Part shown: positions 1 through 9,962 of the stretch, piece after piece
Position numbering within the stretch: position 1 is the first letter of the stretch
How the letters are laid out: each line of letters begins with the position of its first letter
Virus record (IMG/VR): IMGVR_UViG_3300046168_000026
Span: 112,265 to 176,264 of that record
Strand: one strand, 5' to 3'
DNA: 64,000 bases
From: a virus
Notes under the pieces: generated by a model
What the model was told of the DNA's origin: nothing
The model's database searches: none
Seen by the model: only the letters and a program-made list of their open reading frames with translations
Translations under genes and position numbers: made by a program

Positions 1-848
1 TGATAGTACTCATCTTCCACCCCACCATATAGTTGTCTAAATGTGATTGCCTTTGCTTGACTAATATCTTTTCCATATTGATTTGCCAACCACCCATGTG
101 CTTTCTTATCTAATGGAATATCTATGCCAATTAGTTTTGATATGAGTCGAATGTGATATCCATCGAAATCTAATTGGCACAATTTACCATTTTCGAATCG
201 TGAAATAAATCTACTACGAGTACCATCATTTTTCTTAAGTGCTGCGTAATTTACTCCACCAAATGTATTGGATGGTCGTGATGTTGTAGTAAGTGTATTA
301 TATTGAGTATGTTCAAGTGTATCTAAATCCGTATAAAGTCCATTCTTTTCAACCCATTGTAATGATTTCGCATATAGTTGTGAGAATTTAGAAATTTTTG
401 AGTCGACAAAAAGTTTCTTCCAATCTTCGAATTGTTCGTAGTGTTTCCATATAGGAATAAGGTCATTTGCTTTAGGTGCCTGTCGTCTTCTGAATATAGT
501 GTAGATGGGTTTCTCTTGTACATCGAATGATTTAGCTTGCCAAAAGAGTGACATTTCTAAATCATACATATTGGGTAAGAAATCATAGTGATATAGAAAA
601 TCTTTCATTCCTACTATGTAAACTTCTTTAAAGTTGTGAAACTCTACCTTTTCGTCTATTTTACTTGCGTCTATGTTGTTGTAATTAACAAATAGGTCTA
701 ATGTACCATCTGATATGATTAGTGCGGATACTCGTGTCTTTATAGGGTGTTTATCTAAACTCGTAAGTATAGGGTACACCAATATCCTTTCCCGATAGAG
801 TTGGGATATATGTTTCTTAAGTTGTTTGTTGCTATCTACAATTTTCAT
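1..848 (-). CDS. Family A DNA polymerase-like protein, N-terminal part (runs off window edge; missing from ORF track)
   Basis: Manual translation from ATG at 848 (MKIVDSNKQ...) is open to the edge. It contains PolA-like motifs YNTLTTTSRPSNTFGGVN, motif A LDFDGYHIRLI and motif B AKAITFRQLYGG. Confidence 0.75.
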   Translation of the reverse strand, partial: MKIVDSNKQLKKHISQLYRERILVYPILTSLDKHPIKTRVSALIISDGTLDLFVNYNNIDASKIDEKVEFHNFKEVYIVGMKDFLYHYDFLPNMYDLEMSLFWQAKSFDVQEKPIYTIFRRRQAPKANDLIPIWKHYEQFEDWKKLFVDSKISKFSQLYAKSLQWVEKNGLYTDLDTLEHTQYNTLTTTSRPSNTFGGVNYAALKKNDGTRSRFISRFENGKLCQLDFDGYHIRLISKLIGIDIPLDKKAHGWLANQYGKDISQAKAITFRQLYGGVEDEYY

Positions 849-854
849 CCGTAA

Positions 855-886
855 CTAATATACGAAACTTTTATGAATTATCCAAA
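855..886 (-). promoter_or_regulatory. Bacteroidota-type sigma70 promoter (-33 TTTG, -7 TATATTAG)
   Basis: Minus strand reads TTTG-20nt-TATATTAG just upstream of the polA-like ATG. This matches TTTG-N19-21-TAnnTTTG with one mismatch. Confidence 0.6.
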
Positions 887-1212
887 TTAATATCCGATAA
901 ACTCTAAGTCAATACCACTTACCAATCCTTTTTCAGCATAGTAAGGATACTCTTCGCTTAACCAATAGTTTTGAACATTATCAAGTTCGTTTATAACTTC
1001 TTCGTATAATTCTGAAGTATCATCATCACTTCCGTATGATGCTCCCCATTGGATTCCACCACAAAGTTGTATCAGTTCATTGAGTTTATCCCAATTATTT
1101 TTATTGTTCTTAATACTAAGTAATATCTCAGCTTTCATCAATTCTGCTACTTTGTCATTGTGGTCATACATTTCTTTGACCATGGTTTTGTGATTTCAAT
1201 TCCGTATTTCAT
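887..1212 (-). CDS. Hypothetical protein (probable 1-nt deletion near 1177; likely true start 1212)
   Basis: ORF track gives 887..1183. Adding one A to the run near 1177 joins the upstream MKYGIEITKPWSK to EMYDHND. Confidence 0.55.
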
Positions 1213-1222
1213 ATTTTTCATT

Positions 1223-1441
1223 TTATTTATACATTATTACTACTGACCCAAACTTGTCATCAAACACTTTGATTAGATTATCATAATCACCACTTGTCAT
1301 TTCTTTCATTAGTGGTTCAAATGGAACACCCACTTGTTTACAAAGGTTTTTTGCAACTCCTAATATGTAATATGCATTACCTTGAGGACCTGTCAAGTCT
1401 ATTTCAATTTTTCCGTTACTTTTTGGTTTTGATTTTATCAT
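1223..1441 (-). CDS. Small hypothetical phage protein (IDLTGPQGNAY motif)
   Basis: 72-aa ORF directly downstream of a Bacteroidota-type promoter. Confidence 0.65.
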   Translation of the reverse strand: MIKSKPKSNGKIEIDLTGPQGNAYYILGVAKNLCKQVGVPFEPLMKEMTSGDYDNLIKVFDDKFGSVVIMYK

Positions 1442-1460
1442 ATCTCTTAATCTTACACTA

Positions 1461-1492
1461 CTAATATAGTGATAATATTTGAGACTACCAAA
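1461..1492 (-). promoter_or_regulatory. Bacteroidota-type sigma70 promoter (-33 TTTG, -7 TATATTAG)
   Basis: Second copy of TTTG-20nt-TATATTAG, with the same spacing as 855..886. Confidence 0.6.
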
Positions 1493-1512
1493 CTTTTAAT
1501 GTTAAGAAATTG

Positions 1513-2091
1513 TTAAATTTTTGCACCTTGTTGTAAGTTGGTAAGATATCGTTCAAGGCCTAAAAATGTATTCTGATACAACATAATTGTTCTTTTATTG
1601 GTATCAATAATACCTTTTTCTTCTGGTGTATCATTTAAAGGTCCAGCAATTTTCCATTTTAATTCGAGTTTCTGATAGTATACACTCTCTAACTCACCAA
1701 ATCCTTCTTCACTTAGTTCATTAATAATGGTACTTCCCTTTCTTTTGTAAAAATACCTTGTTGCAAAAGAATTGTCATAATCTTCTTGAGTTGGTTGAAA
1801 CAAATGAGGGTCAGGTATTACAAGATTTTGTTCATAATCTTCAACTGCCTCTTTTAATACATTATATTGAAAAGTATTTTTCGCAAGTTGTTCGCTCAAT
1901 ATATAAAGTGGTACTAATTTTACAGATACATCTTTTACATATACTGGCTGAGTATATATTTCTCCTGTGTTGGTATATTTGTGATATTGCCCAACCCATT
2001 CGTTACCATCATCAGTCATCCATTCACCACCCTCGGTGTATAGACCCTTTTGGATACTTCCTTCTGGATAATATATTCTTCGTCTTCCCAT
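1513..2091 (-). CDS. Hypothetical baseplate-region protein
   Basis: 192-aa ORF, translationally coupled to the upstream baseplate gene; last gene of the late tail operon. Confidence 0.6.
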   Translation of the reverse strand: MGRRRIYYPEGSIQKGLYTEGGEWMTDDGNEWVGQYHKYTNTGEIYTQPVYVKDVSVKLVPLYILSEQLAKNTFQYNVLKEAVEDYEQNLVIPDPHLFQPTQEDYDNSFATRYFYKRKGSTIINELSEEGFGELESVYYQKLELKWKIAGPLNDTPEEKGIIDTNKRTIMLYQNTFLGLERYLTNLQQGAKI

Positions 2092-3848
2092 TATGCATCA
2101 ATCATCATTAAGCCAGATATTTTAGTAGACCAATCACCACCATTAAATTCTTGACCAATTTTTGTTACTATAAAATATGCTTTATTTTTTATTCTCGATG
2201 GTAATCTATCAACGCTAAAACAATCTCCATATTTTGGTAAATTGTAACCATCAACAGTAAGTTCACATTCTAACCCATAACTAATGTTTGGGTTATATTT
2301 TTTATTGTTATTTTTTACATATGCTTTCAATGCTTGTTTTGCACCTGTAATATCATCTTCACTAATATTATCCCCAAGTGATTCAATTGCTTTTGCTAAA
2401 TCTCCTGCGTAATCATTAGCATTTTCTCCAATAGAACCTGGATAACACCCACCGAAAACTGCGTCTAATTGTGGTGAACCCTCACCATCCATAGCTGCTG
2501 CAGTTGCTAACGCAATTAGGTCTGAGTCTAAATTAGATGTAAGACTGCAATCTCTAACACCATTTGCAAAACCTTTTGTTAATCTAATCATTGTTGGATT
2601 TACTTGTTTTTTAGCTGCAGTACCCTTATTTAAAATTAGAAATTTACCTTTTTCAGACTCAGCCGAATCTGGGTCATTGTATAAAAATAATGTAAGATAT
2701 CCACCTGAGTTTTCATTTATTTTATTAAATATTTTTTTTAAGAACATAGATGTTGCTATCCTATTTGGAGAATCTTCTTTTCCTGGTGGATTTTTTAGTT
2801 CTTTCATTGTGGTTTGCAGAAACCCAATTTGAACCCAAATACCTGCCAATGGATTACTACCTTTTGTTAAAGCGCTATAATCTGCATTAGGACCATACTT
2901 CGATGCCCAACCAAATATCATTTCTAATGGATTTGCTGATGCTATTTTTGAATCATTTTTTGTTTTTATTTTTATTTTAGAATAATCAAACTTTTGAGCT
3001 GCAGTACCGGCAACACTTTTAGAATTTTTATTAACATAGTCAATAAACTCATCTAATCTTACATATGGTAAAACATTATCTGTTGCACTATTAAAGAACG
3101 ATGACCATCCCGTATTTACCATTTGGTGATTAACCAATCCAATTTTAGGTTTACCTGCACCACCACTTCTAACTTGAGCTTTACCCTCTGCAGGTTTACC
3201 CGTTAGTTTTGATGAGATTCCAACAAGGTTTGTTATTAAGTCGGTTGATGGGACTTCTTTACCAGACTCAGGGTCTTTAACTGTTTCTTTACCTACATCT
3301 TTTAAAGTCATGTAGTCAACATCTAAAACACCATCTGCCGCTCCTGCTACTTTTAAACTAACATCGTAACTTAAATCAGAGTTAATAGTGAAATTAAATC
3401 CTGTGATTTCACCTGTTACTGTTTTTGCATTTCCACCAACCCATCCTATCGTAATCTTTACTCGTTGTCTTGGTGTCATAAAGTTTTTTTCGATATGGTC
3501 AAAATGAGCTTGATTATAAACTTTACAATTACAACTTGCTTCAAATAACATTGCGTCTGATATATCTTGCCCACCATCGTTATTTATAGAAATACTTTCT
3601 AATACAGGAAAAGGTGTTAATCTACCACTATCATCTGTAAGCAAGTCTGCGTGTGTAGAACTATTAGTAATACTTTCTATTGACTTAAATGAACTGGAAG
3701 AACATTTAACAATTCCACCACCTGTAAGTGTAATTTTTCCATAAGCTCTACTGTGAAGTCCTACTCCTGAGACACCAATGCTACTTGCATTACTTGACAT
3801 TTGCTGTGTTGGTCTTGGCAATGCTCTTGCACCTAATTGAAAACTCAT
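2091..3848 (-). CDS. Putative baseplate hub-like protein
   Basis: 585 aa, following the LysM wedge gene. The C-terminal LTVDG..YGDCF.VDRLP..FIVTKIGQEF..WSTKI pattern resembles hub/late-control-D proteins. Function is inferred mainly from position. Confidence 0.45.
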   Translation of the reverse strand: MSFQLGARALPRPTQQMSSNASSIGVSGVGLHSRAYGKITLTGGGIVKCSSSSFKSIESITNSSTHADLLTDDSGRLTPFPVLESISINNDGGQDISDAMLFEASCNCKVYNQAHFDHIEKNFMTPRQRVKITIGWVGGNAKTVTGEITGFNFTINSDLSYDVSLKVAGAADGVLDVDYMTLKDVGKETVKDPESGKEVPSTDLITNLVGISSKLTGKPAEGKAQVRSGGAGKPKIGLVNHQMVNTGWSSFFNSATDNVLPYVRLDEFIDYVNKNSKSVAGTAAQKFDYSKIKIKTKNDSKIASANPLEMIFGWASKYGPNADYSALTKGSNPLAGIWVQIGFLQTTMKELKNPPGKEDSPNRIATSMFLKKIFNKINENSGGYLTLFLYNDPDSAESEKGKFLILNKGTAAKKQVNPTMIRLTKGFANGVRDCSLTSNLDSDLIALATAAAMDGEGSPQLDAVFGGCYPGSIGENANDYAGDLAKAIESLGDNISEDDITGAKQALKAYVKNNNKKYNPNISYGLECELTVDGYNLPKYGDCFSVDRLPSRIKNKAYFIVTKIGQEFNGGDWSTKISGLMMIDA

Positions 3849-3851
3849 AAC

Positions 3852-4157
3852 TTAATCTTCTATTTTATTTAACGCATCATACTCACTTACAAACTTTAGT
3901 GTATCGTTGGGAATTCTTAATTGTATTCCAACTTCTGGAAACAAAGTACCTTTTCCTATATTATTAGCTCTGGCTATAATCCACCACAATGTAGGGTCTG
4001 AATAATATTCCCATGCTAAATTATCTAACCTATCACCTTCTTTTGTTATAATGTAAGTATCATTAATTTCAGGATTTATTATAGGATATACTAATGTAGT
4101 AGAGTACTTTCGTTCACCCTCTTTTTTAATTACTGGTATGTTATCGTATCTTTTCAT
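3852..4157 (-). CDS. LysM-domain baseplate wedge protein (gp53/tail X-like)
   Basis: Contains YIITKEGDRLDNLAWEYYSDPTLWWIIARANNI, the LysM signature of contractile-tail baseplates. Confidence 0.8.
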   Translation of the reverse strand: MKRYDNIPVIKKEGERKYSTTLVYPIINPEINDTYIITKEGDRLDNLAWEYYSDPTLWWIIARANNIGKGTLFPEVGIQLRIPNDTLKFVSEYDALNKIED

Positions 4158-4159
4158 AT

Positions 4160-6949
4160 TTAACTCGCACCTTGAATTCTAAAATCACTACTAAAAACAA
4201 ATACCTCACCACTATCATATTCGTGTATATTATTTCCAAGTACAGTAGCACCTACCGCAACATCAATACCCATTGGTAATCCAAAATCTACATCCCATGC
4301 AACCTCGTCTGAGTATGTATATGATAATGATGTTAATATCATTGGTGTTTCTACATACAACTTACCAACTGTTAGTTTTAATTCTTTGTTCGTACTACTA
4401 CCCGGCGCAGTATATCCTGCTCCTGTATAATTTGGCATTGTATAAGTTGCTAATCGTTCTAACTTAGTCCACAATGGTTGCATCTCAACTCTTGATGTTG
4501 GGTATACTTTAAAATTAAATGATATGTCTCGTTTAAATGACTCATAAACATATACAGGTTCTGCTCTACCACTATATTTTATTTCAGTATAACTTGGTGA
4601 GAAGTTCTCTGCTAACCCTGTTACAGTTCCTCTAAATTGTAGATTACTCTTGTCAGTACCTAATCTGAAAACTAAATTAACTAAGTCTGATTGAATTGTG
4701 TCACCAATTTTTGATGCTTGTATTTTATCGTAATGCGATGACCAATTAGTAAGCTTTGAGTCATCATATGTCATGTCCGTTTGACCAGTTCTAGCCTTAC
4801 CATCTACATAGACAGGTTTACCTGGACTTGGGAAGCTAAATTTTGTTTCTATACTTTCTTTGTCATAGTCTTTTGATTCTGCATTACCCCTTGAACCACC
4901 ATCTAACTCTTTCCTAAAATCAGATGGCTTTACAGGTGTAGCTCCAAGCTGCGCTCTATCATCTGCCATATCCATTAACTGACCATGAGAAATCATCATA
5001 TAATCCCCAATGTCAACAATATCTGGCCCTACTAATCCATCTGATTTAACAAGGTTTGGTTTGTTATCTTCATTGAACTTTTGTATTTTACCTAATTGTT
5101 CTACTACACCATATTTCTTAAGGTCTTCTGGGTCAGTTGGTATAGATTTAAAATATGTTTCTTCAGTTTCTTCATTTTTTTCTTTAAAAAAGAACTTTTG
5201 AGTGTAATCAGATAGACCTGTAATTTTATTACCAGTTGCGATTGCACCCAATCCTTTTATAAATGAATTTGTGTATCTTTTTACAAAAGTCTGACCAATA
5301 CCATATAAGGAATCAGTACCACCACTAAATGTTTTTAAGTCACTACCAATTTCAATCGTACCAAAACTATCATATAACGAAATTAGATTATTTTTTGGTT
5401 TTTGAAGATTACCTTCAATGACACCACCTATTTTTGTGTATTTTCCTAGCGTATCTAATCCAAGGATACCACTTCTATCAGGTTTAAATCCTATTTGTTG
5501 ACCACCTATCGCAGCTAAGAAGTTTGCAGGAGTCCAAATTTTATTATATGTGTTACTTCTCTGATTTCCAATTTGTGTTGCAGACCATAGTAAACCTTTT
5601 ACTGATAAAAAGAATGAACCCATCCTTACTAAGTCTATTGCAGCTCTTTCAGTTGAAGCAACTGCTCCACCACGAATTAAACCATCATCAATTGGGAATC
5701 CAAATCCCCAACTTTGAGGTTCACCTTTTTTCTTTCGTTGTATACCTCTTAAAACATATGGTTGAGGTATTAAACTAAATTTATTTGCTTCTGGGTCTTG
5801 AAGATTGAATTTAGAGTACATTTCGTCTAAGAAAGATGGCGATTGTCTTTGTTGTAATAAATCACCAATACTTGTATATGAATCTATGTATCTATCACCA
5901 TCTGGTGAGTATCTTTGTGTATCACCAATTGCTTTTCCTACCTTATATTGACCATATCCGGCTTGAAATGATATTCCAGGACTTTGTTGACTAAAATTAC
6001 TTAATAATGACGATGCGTTATCAAATTGAGTACCATTTATACCTGTAAATTTAGTATCATCTTTGGTTCTCATAAATGGTGAGAATCCAACTGCTTTATC
6101 ATCGGTAAAGAAATTAACCTGTTGTGGTACTTCAAGTCCTTGACCTTCTAAGTTACCATTGAAAGTAAAATCATTAGGTGTCGTTTCACCTTTAAATTTA
6201 TCACCTTGTCCTGCAACTGGTGGAGTCGTTTCACCTAAAAATGATTCACCAGTTTGTTTTAACATTTCGTTAGGTGTCGTTTCACCTAAAAACTTAGAAC
6301 TTCTATCTGATTCATTGGGTGTCGTTTCACCTAAAAACTTTGAAGACCTATCTGATTCATTGGGCGTTGTTTCACCTAAAAACTTTGAAGACCTATCTGA
6401 TTCATTGGGTGTTGTTTCACCTAAAAACTTAGAACTTCTATCTGATTCGTTAGGTGTTGTCTCACCTAAGAAGTTTTGTGCAAATTTAAACTCTTTAGGA
6501 GTTGTCTCACCTAAAAACTTTTGTGTAAACTTAAACTCTTTTGCTTCAGTCTCACCTTTAAACTTTTCTGTCTGATTTGCAAGTGTAGGGTTTGTTTCAC
6601 CTTTAAACTTTTCTGTCTGATTTGCAAGTGTAGGGTTTGTTTCACCTTTAAACTTTTCTGTCTGATTAACAAGTGTTGGGTCGGTTTGTCCTTTGAACTT
6701 ATCACCTTGTGTTACTTCATTTGCTTCAGTCTCACCCTTGAACTTATCACCTTGTGTTACTTTATTCTGAGAAGTACCTACTTTTTCAGGAGTTTGTCTT
6801 GAATATTGTACATCATTTTTTGTTTTTATTTTATCAGTTAATGGTACAGTATTAAACGCAGAAGGTTCTATTCTTGCTTTTACTTCAAGAGGTTCACTTT
6901 TTGGCTTTCTGTAATCACCAAGATTTGATTTTAAGTCTTTTAACGACAT
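4160..6949 (-). CDS. Baseplate/tail-tube initiator-like protein with N-terminal 15-aa repeats
   Basis: C-terminal FRG.VT...E.FSP.Y.....GRAEPVYVYESFKRDISFNFKVY...ILTSLSYT tube-initiator-like domain; lies between the tape measure and LysM genes. Confidence 0.6.
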   Translation of the reverse strand: MSLKDLKSNLGDYRKPKSEPLEVKARIEPSAFNTVPLTDKIKTKNDVQYSRQTPEKVGTSQNKVTQGDKFKGETEANEVTQGDKFKGQTDPTLVNQTEKFKGETNPTLANQTEKFKGETNPTLANQTEKFKGETEAKEFKFTQKFLGETTPKEFKFAQNFLGETTPNESDRSSKFLGETTPNESDRSSKFLGETTPNESDRSSKFLGETTPNESDRSSKFLGETTPNEMLKQTGESFLGETTPPVAGQGDKFKGETTPNDFTFNGNLEGQGLEVPQQVNFFTDDKAVGFSPFMRTKDDTKFTGINGTQFDNASSLLSNFSQQSPGISFQAGYGQYKVGKAIGDTQRYSPDGDRYIDSYTSIGDLLQQRQSPSFLDEMYSKFNLQDPEANKFSLIPQPYVLRGIQRKKKGEPQSWGFGFPIDDGLIRGGAVASTERAAIDLVRMGSFFLSVKGLLWSATQIGNQRSNTYNKIWTPANFLAAIGGQQIGFKPDRSGILGLDTLGKYTKIGGVIEGNLQKPKNNLISLYDSFGTIEIGSDLKTFSGGTDSLYGIGQTFVKRYTNSFIKGLGAIATGNKITGLSDYTQKFFFKEKNEETEETYFKSIPTDPEDLKKYGVVEQLGKIQKFNEDNKPNLVKSDGLVGPDIVDIGDYMMISHGQLMDMADDRAQLGATPVKPSDFRKELDGGSRGNAESKDYDKESIETKFSFPSPGKPVYVDGKARTGQTDMTYDDSKLTNWSSHYDKIQASKIGDTIQSDLVNLVFRLGTDKSNLQFRGTVTGLAENFSPSYTEIKYSGRAEPVYVYESFKRDISFNFKVYPTSRVEMQPLWTKLERLATYTMPNYTGAGYTAPGSSTNKELKLTVGKLYVETPMILTSLSYTYSDEVAWDVDFGLPMGIDVAVGATVLGNNIHEYDSGEVFVFSSDFRIQGAS
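6170..6760 (-). repeat. About 13 tandem 45-bp (15-aa) coding repeats, KF(L/K)GET(T/N)P core
   Basis: Visible in protein (RSSKFLGETTPNESD, QTEKFKGETNPTLAN) and in DNA (gtttcacctaaaaac). Confidence 0.85.
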
Positions 6950-9335
6950 TATGTTCCTCTACTTTGTCTTGTTCTCTGTGTTCTTGATATTTCACTAACT
7001 ACTTTATTATCAAATACTATTTGTATTGGTTGACTCTTTATGTCAGCTCTCAACAATTTAAGTTCTTCTAATAATGGGTCACTTTCACCACCACCACCTG
7101 CGGTTGCACCACCACCATCGTCACCACCTGCTCCAAATGCTCCTGCAATCATTGGTAACATAAGTCCTAATGCGAATACTGTTCCAAGGAATGGTGTTAT
7201 CATCAATAGACCCATTGCGAATGGCATCATCGCCAATCCTACTGCCGCAAGTCCTGCCGCCAAGGAAAGTAAACCTGGTGCGACTAACACTAATTGACTT
7301 AATCCTGCGGCTAATGCGGATATTGCTGGAACTGCTGCAATCAATATCATAGATGCGAGTCCAAATGCAAGAATACCCGGCGTTGCGTAAAGTAATCCAA
7401 GACCCAATGCCAACATACCAATACCAAGTAAACTTAATATAGCGGTTAATGGTATTAATGCGGGAGCAATCATAATCAGACCCATTAAGGATTCTGTAAG
7501 ATTACCCATCATTTCAAATCCTTTTGCAATTTCTTGTATTGCGTATCCAAGAACTAATAATGCTGCGGCTATAATTAACATTGCGGCTGCACCTGCGAGA
7601 ATCGCAACTGCCCCAACACCACTCATCATTATTGCACCTACCAATGCCAATGCACCTACTAATGCTAACATGGATACAACTGCCATACCAATAGCTTTCC
7701 ACTCTACCTTCATAAATTCTTGTACTGCTTTTGCGAATACAAATACGGCTGCCGCTACAAGTAATAATGCCGCACCACCTGCGAGTAGTTTCTTGGCGTC
7801 AATACCTTGAACTGCCTTAGTCATACCACTCATTCCTTTACCACCGCCTGATTTTAATTTTGGTGTTTTTGGTGTTTTTGCTTTAGGTCCACCACCACCA
7901 CTACCTGGTGCACCACTAAAGAAACTCTTACCACCTAATTTGTTCATTATACCATATTGTATAATCATTGAAGCAAGTTGTTTTCCTGTTTCCATTAAAC
8001 CTTGCCCCATACTGGTAGCTCCTGCGGATAGGAATCCGTAAACTTGTGCACCTTTTTCACCAAACTTTGATTGTAACTCTGCGTTCTTTTCTTGAGTCTG
8101 TAACATATTACCCAACTCATCTGCAGACATTCCAATTGCGTCAGCATATATCTGTTGTTGTTTACGACCCATTTTACCAAAGTCTGCCGCAGATACACCT
8201 GCGTCATTTATAGCCTTCATCATCATTTCAGCACCCTTGGCTTGGTCACCGAATTGCATTTCAGCCGCAGCTGCGGTCATAGCTTGTTGGTCAGGTAACA
8301 TTTCACCTAATCCAAATGCTCTTGCTTTCATCTGTTTTTGGATACTACCTTCTATATCTAACATATTGTCAGATACCGCATTTAGTTTATCCATTGACAT
8401 TCCTTGTTTAACAAGTTCTGCTGATTTTTTTGCTAATACTTTAATTTCTTCTTTTGACATTCCCCAACATTTGGTTTTGTTGACTTGCCATATCCTTTAA
8501 AACTGCGGATGCGTTGACACCGACACCACTTGCGATGTCTTTTATCTCAGATGTCATATCACTTGCGTCAGCACCTGCTTGTTCAAATATTTGTTGCATT
8601 GCGACTGCACCAGCACCATCACCTAATAAGTTGGATAGTTCTGCTACATCTTTTAATGTTTCTGAGTTTATGTGTTGAGTCGTTCCAAATGCGTCACTCA
8701 TTGCCGTTGCAGCTGCTGCCGCATCTTCTGCACTTACTGTTAGTGAGAACATCGATGCACCTTGAATACTTGAAGCTAATCCTGCTGCTTCATTTGCTGA
8801 TAGACCTATTGTCTTATATAAATCTATTGCAGTATCGTAAGTTCCAGTAAATGCCTCTTTTGCTGCACCAATACCTTCAGTAAATGCTTTTGCACCAAGA
8901 GCCATTACACCACCTGCCATAAACAAGTCTGCAAGTTCTGATGAGTATCCTAATGATTCTTTTAATTTATCGTTTTGGTCCTTTAAGTATATCTTCGTAT
9001 TCTTTTGCTTTGTCTACTTGTTTTCGAAGTTCTATATTTCGTTTTTCATCACCCTCAAGAAGTTTAATTGAAGTGTCTAATTGTGCTAATAATCCTTTAT
9101 TTAGGAATTTACCACTCTTTACAGTTTCTTCTATGTATTCTTTTCTGGCTTCAACAAGTTTATTTAATTGGTCAGATGCGGTTGTTTGTGATTTTAGATT
9201 GTCTGCTAATTTTGAGGCAAACTCATTTGCAGCCTTGGTATTCTTTCCTGCTTTAGCAAGAACATCAGCTAAGTCATTGGCGTAATTTCTAGCGCCAAGA
9301 AATGATTCTTCAATCTTTTTGTAATCATCTGCCAT
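6949..9335 (-). CDS. Tape measure protein (~795 aa), split by two apparent 1-nt insertions near 8982 and 8462
   Basis: Three consecutive ORFs (8967..9335, 8441..8926, 6949..8460) join into one Ala/Gly-rich helical protein with a hydrophobic C-terminal half if one base is removed at each site (ILKDQNDKLKESLG; QMLGMSKEEIK). Position after the tail chaperones fits. Confidence 0.75.
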
Positions 9336-9344
9336 TTAGAACCC

Positions 9345-9610
9345 TAAAGTTATTTTTAACCTTAAACTTTTTCAAGATAAAATCAGGAGAACTTTATCTA
9401 AAGAACCATATGTTTTAATCAATAGCTCTTTTTGTTCTTTATCTATCTGTACAACCCTTTGTTTAGACGCTTCAATGTCTTTTTCAATTTGTTTAAGTTT
9501 GTTGTCGGTTTTAGCTTTTCTATTCTGTGAAAGATTCTATCAATAAAACCCTCATCTACCCCTTTGGAAGATAAGACCTCTCTTAATTTAGTTGCTTTGA
9601 TGGTTTTCAT
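9345..9610 (-). CDS. Small hypothetical protein upstream of tape measure (frame disrupted; end approximate)
   Basis: ATG at 9610 follows a late-promoter motif. MKTIKATKLREVLSSKGVDEGFIDRIF continues in a shifted frame as a coiled-coil-like KLKQIEKDIEASKQR. Confidence 0.4.
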
Positions 9611-9632
9611 ATAATATCCCTTTGTTATATTC

Positions 9633-9640
9633 TATAAATA
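9633..9640 (-). promoter_or_regulatory. Putative late promoter TATTTATA (tape measure/baseplate operon)
   Basis: One of ~19 intergenic copies, each upstream of a minus-strand start codon. Confidence 0.6.
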
Positions 9641-9643
9641 TGT

Positions 9644-9670
9644 AAAAACCCAACAAATATGTCGGGTTCT
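9644..9670 (-). terminator. Rho-independent terminator after chaperone genes
   Basis: Minus strand AACCCGACA-TATT-TGTTGGGTT hairpin followed by TTT. Confidence 0.55.
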
Positions 9671-9680
9671 TATACTACTA

Positions 9681-9962
9681 TTATTTTCTTGGTGTTTTTG
9701 ACTTGATTTTTCTCATTTCTTTATCATGTGCCTTTTTTTCTTCTTGTTTGAATTCTATTATCTTACCGATATAGAAGTTTCTCGCCCAAACAGGCATATT
9801 GTAGACATCGGTGTGACTAAACCCACCATTTCCATGATATATGAGGTCAAAAATTTGAGAATGTAAATGCTTTCTATAATCACTCGGAAGGCCAAAAAAA
9901 CCCGACATCCATAGGCAGTTGCATTTCTCTCTCTTCCCCGGTCTCCTCAGATACAAATTCAA
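9681..9962 (-). CDS. T4 gp51-like baseplate hub/tail assembly chaperone (possibly made as a frameshift extension of the upstream gene)
   Basis: LHSQIFDLIYHGNGGFSHTDVYNMPVWARNFY resembles the gp51 family. It overlaps the end of the upstream gene at GGG TTT TTT TGG. Confidence 0.6.
   Translation of the reverse strand: MNLYLRRPGKREKCNCLWMSGFFGLPSDYRKHLHSQIFDLIYHGNGGFSHTDVYNMPVWARNFYIGKIIEFKQEEKKAHDKEMRKIKSKTPRK

Noticed and set aside
323-523. 66-aa minus-strand ORF in the track
   Set aside because: Out-of-frame overlap within the polA-like gene.
6949-9335. Tape measure fragments as pseudogene or programmed frameshifts
   Set aside because: The gene is essential, the breaks lie in short homopolymers without slippery heptamers, and similar breaks occur elsewhere; sequencing error is more parsimonious.
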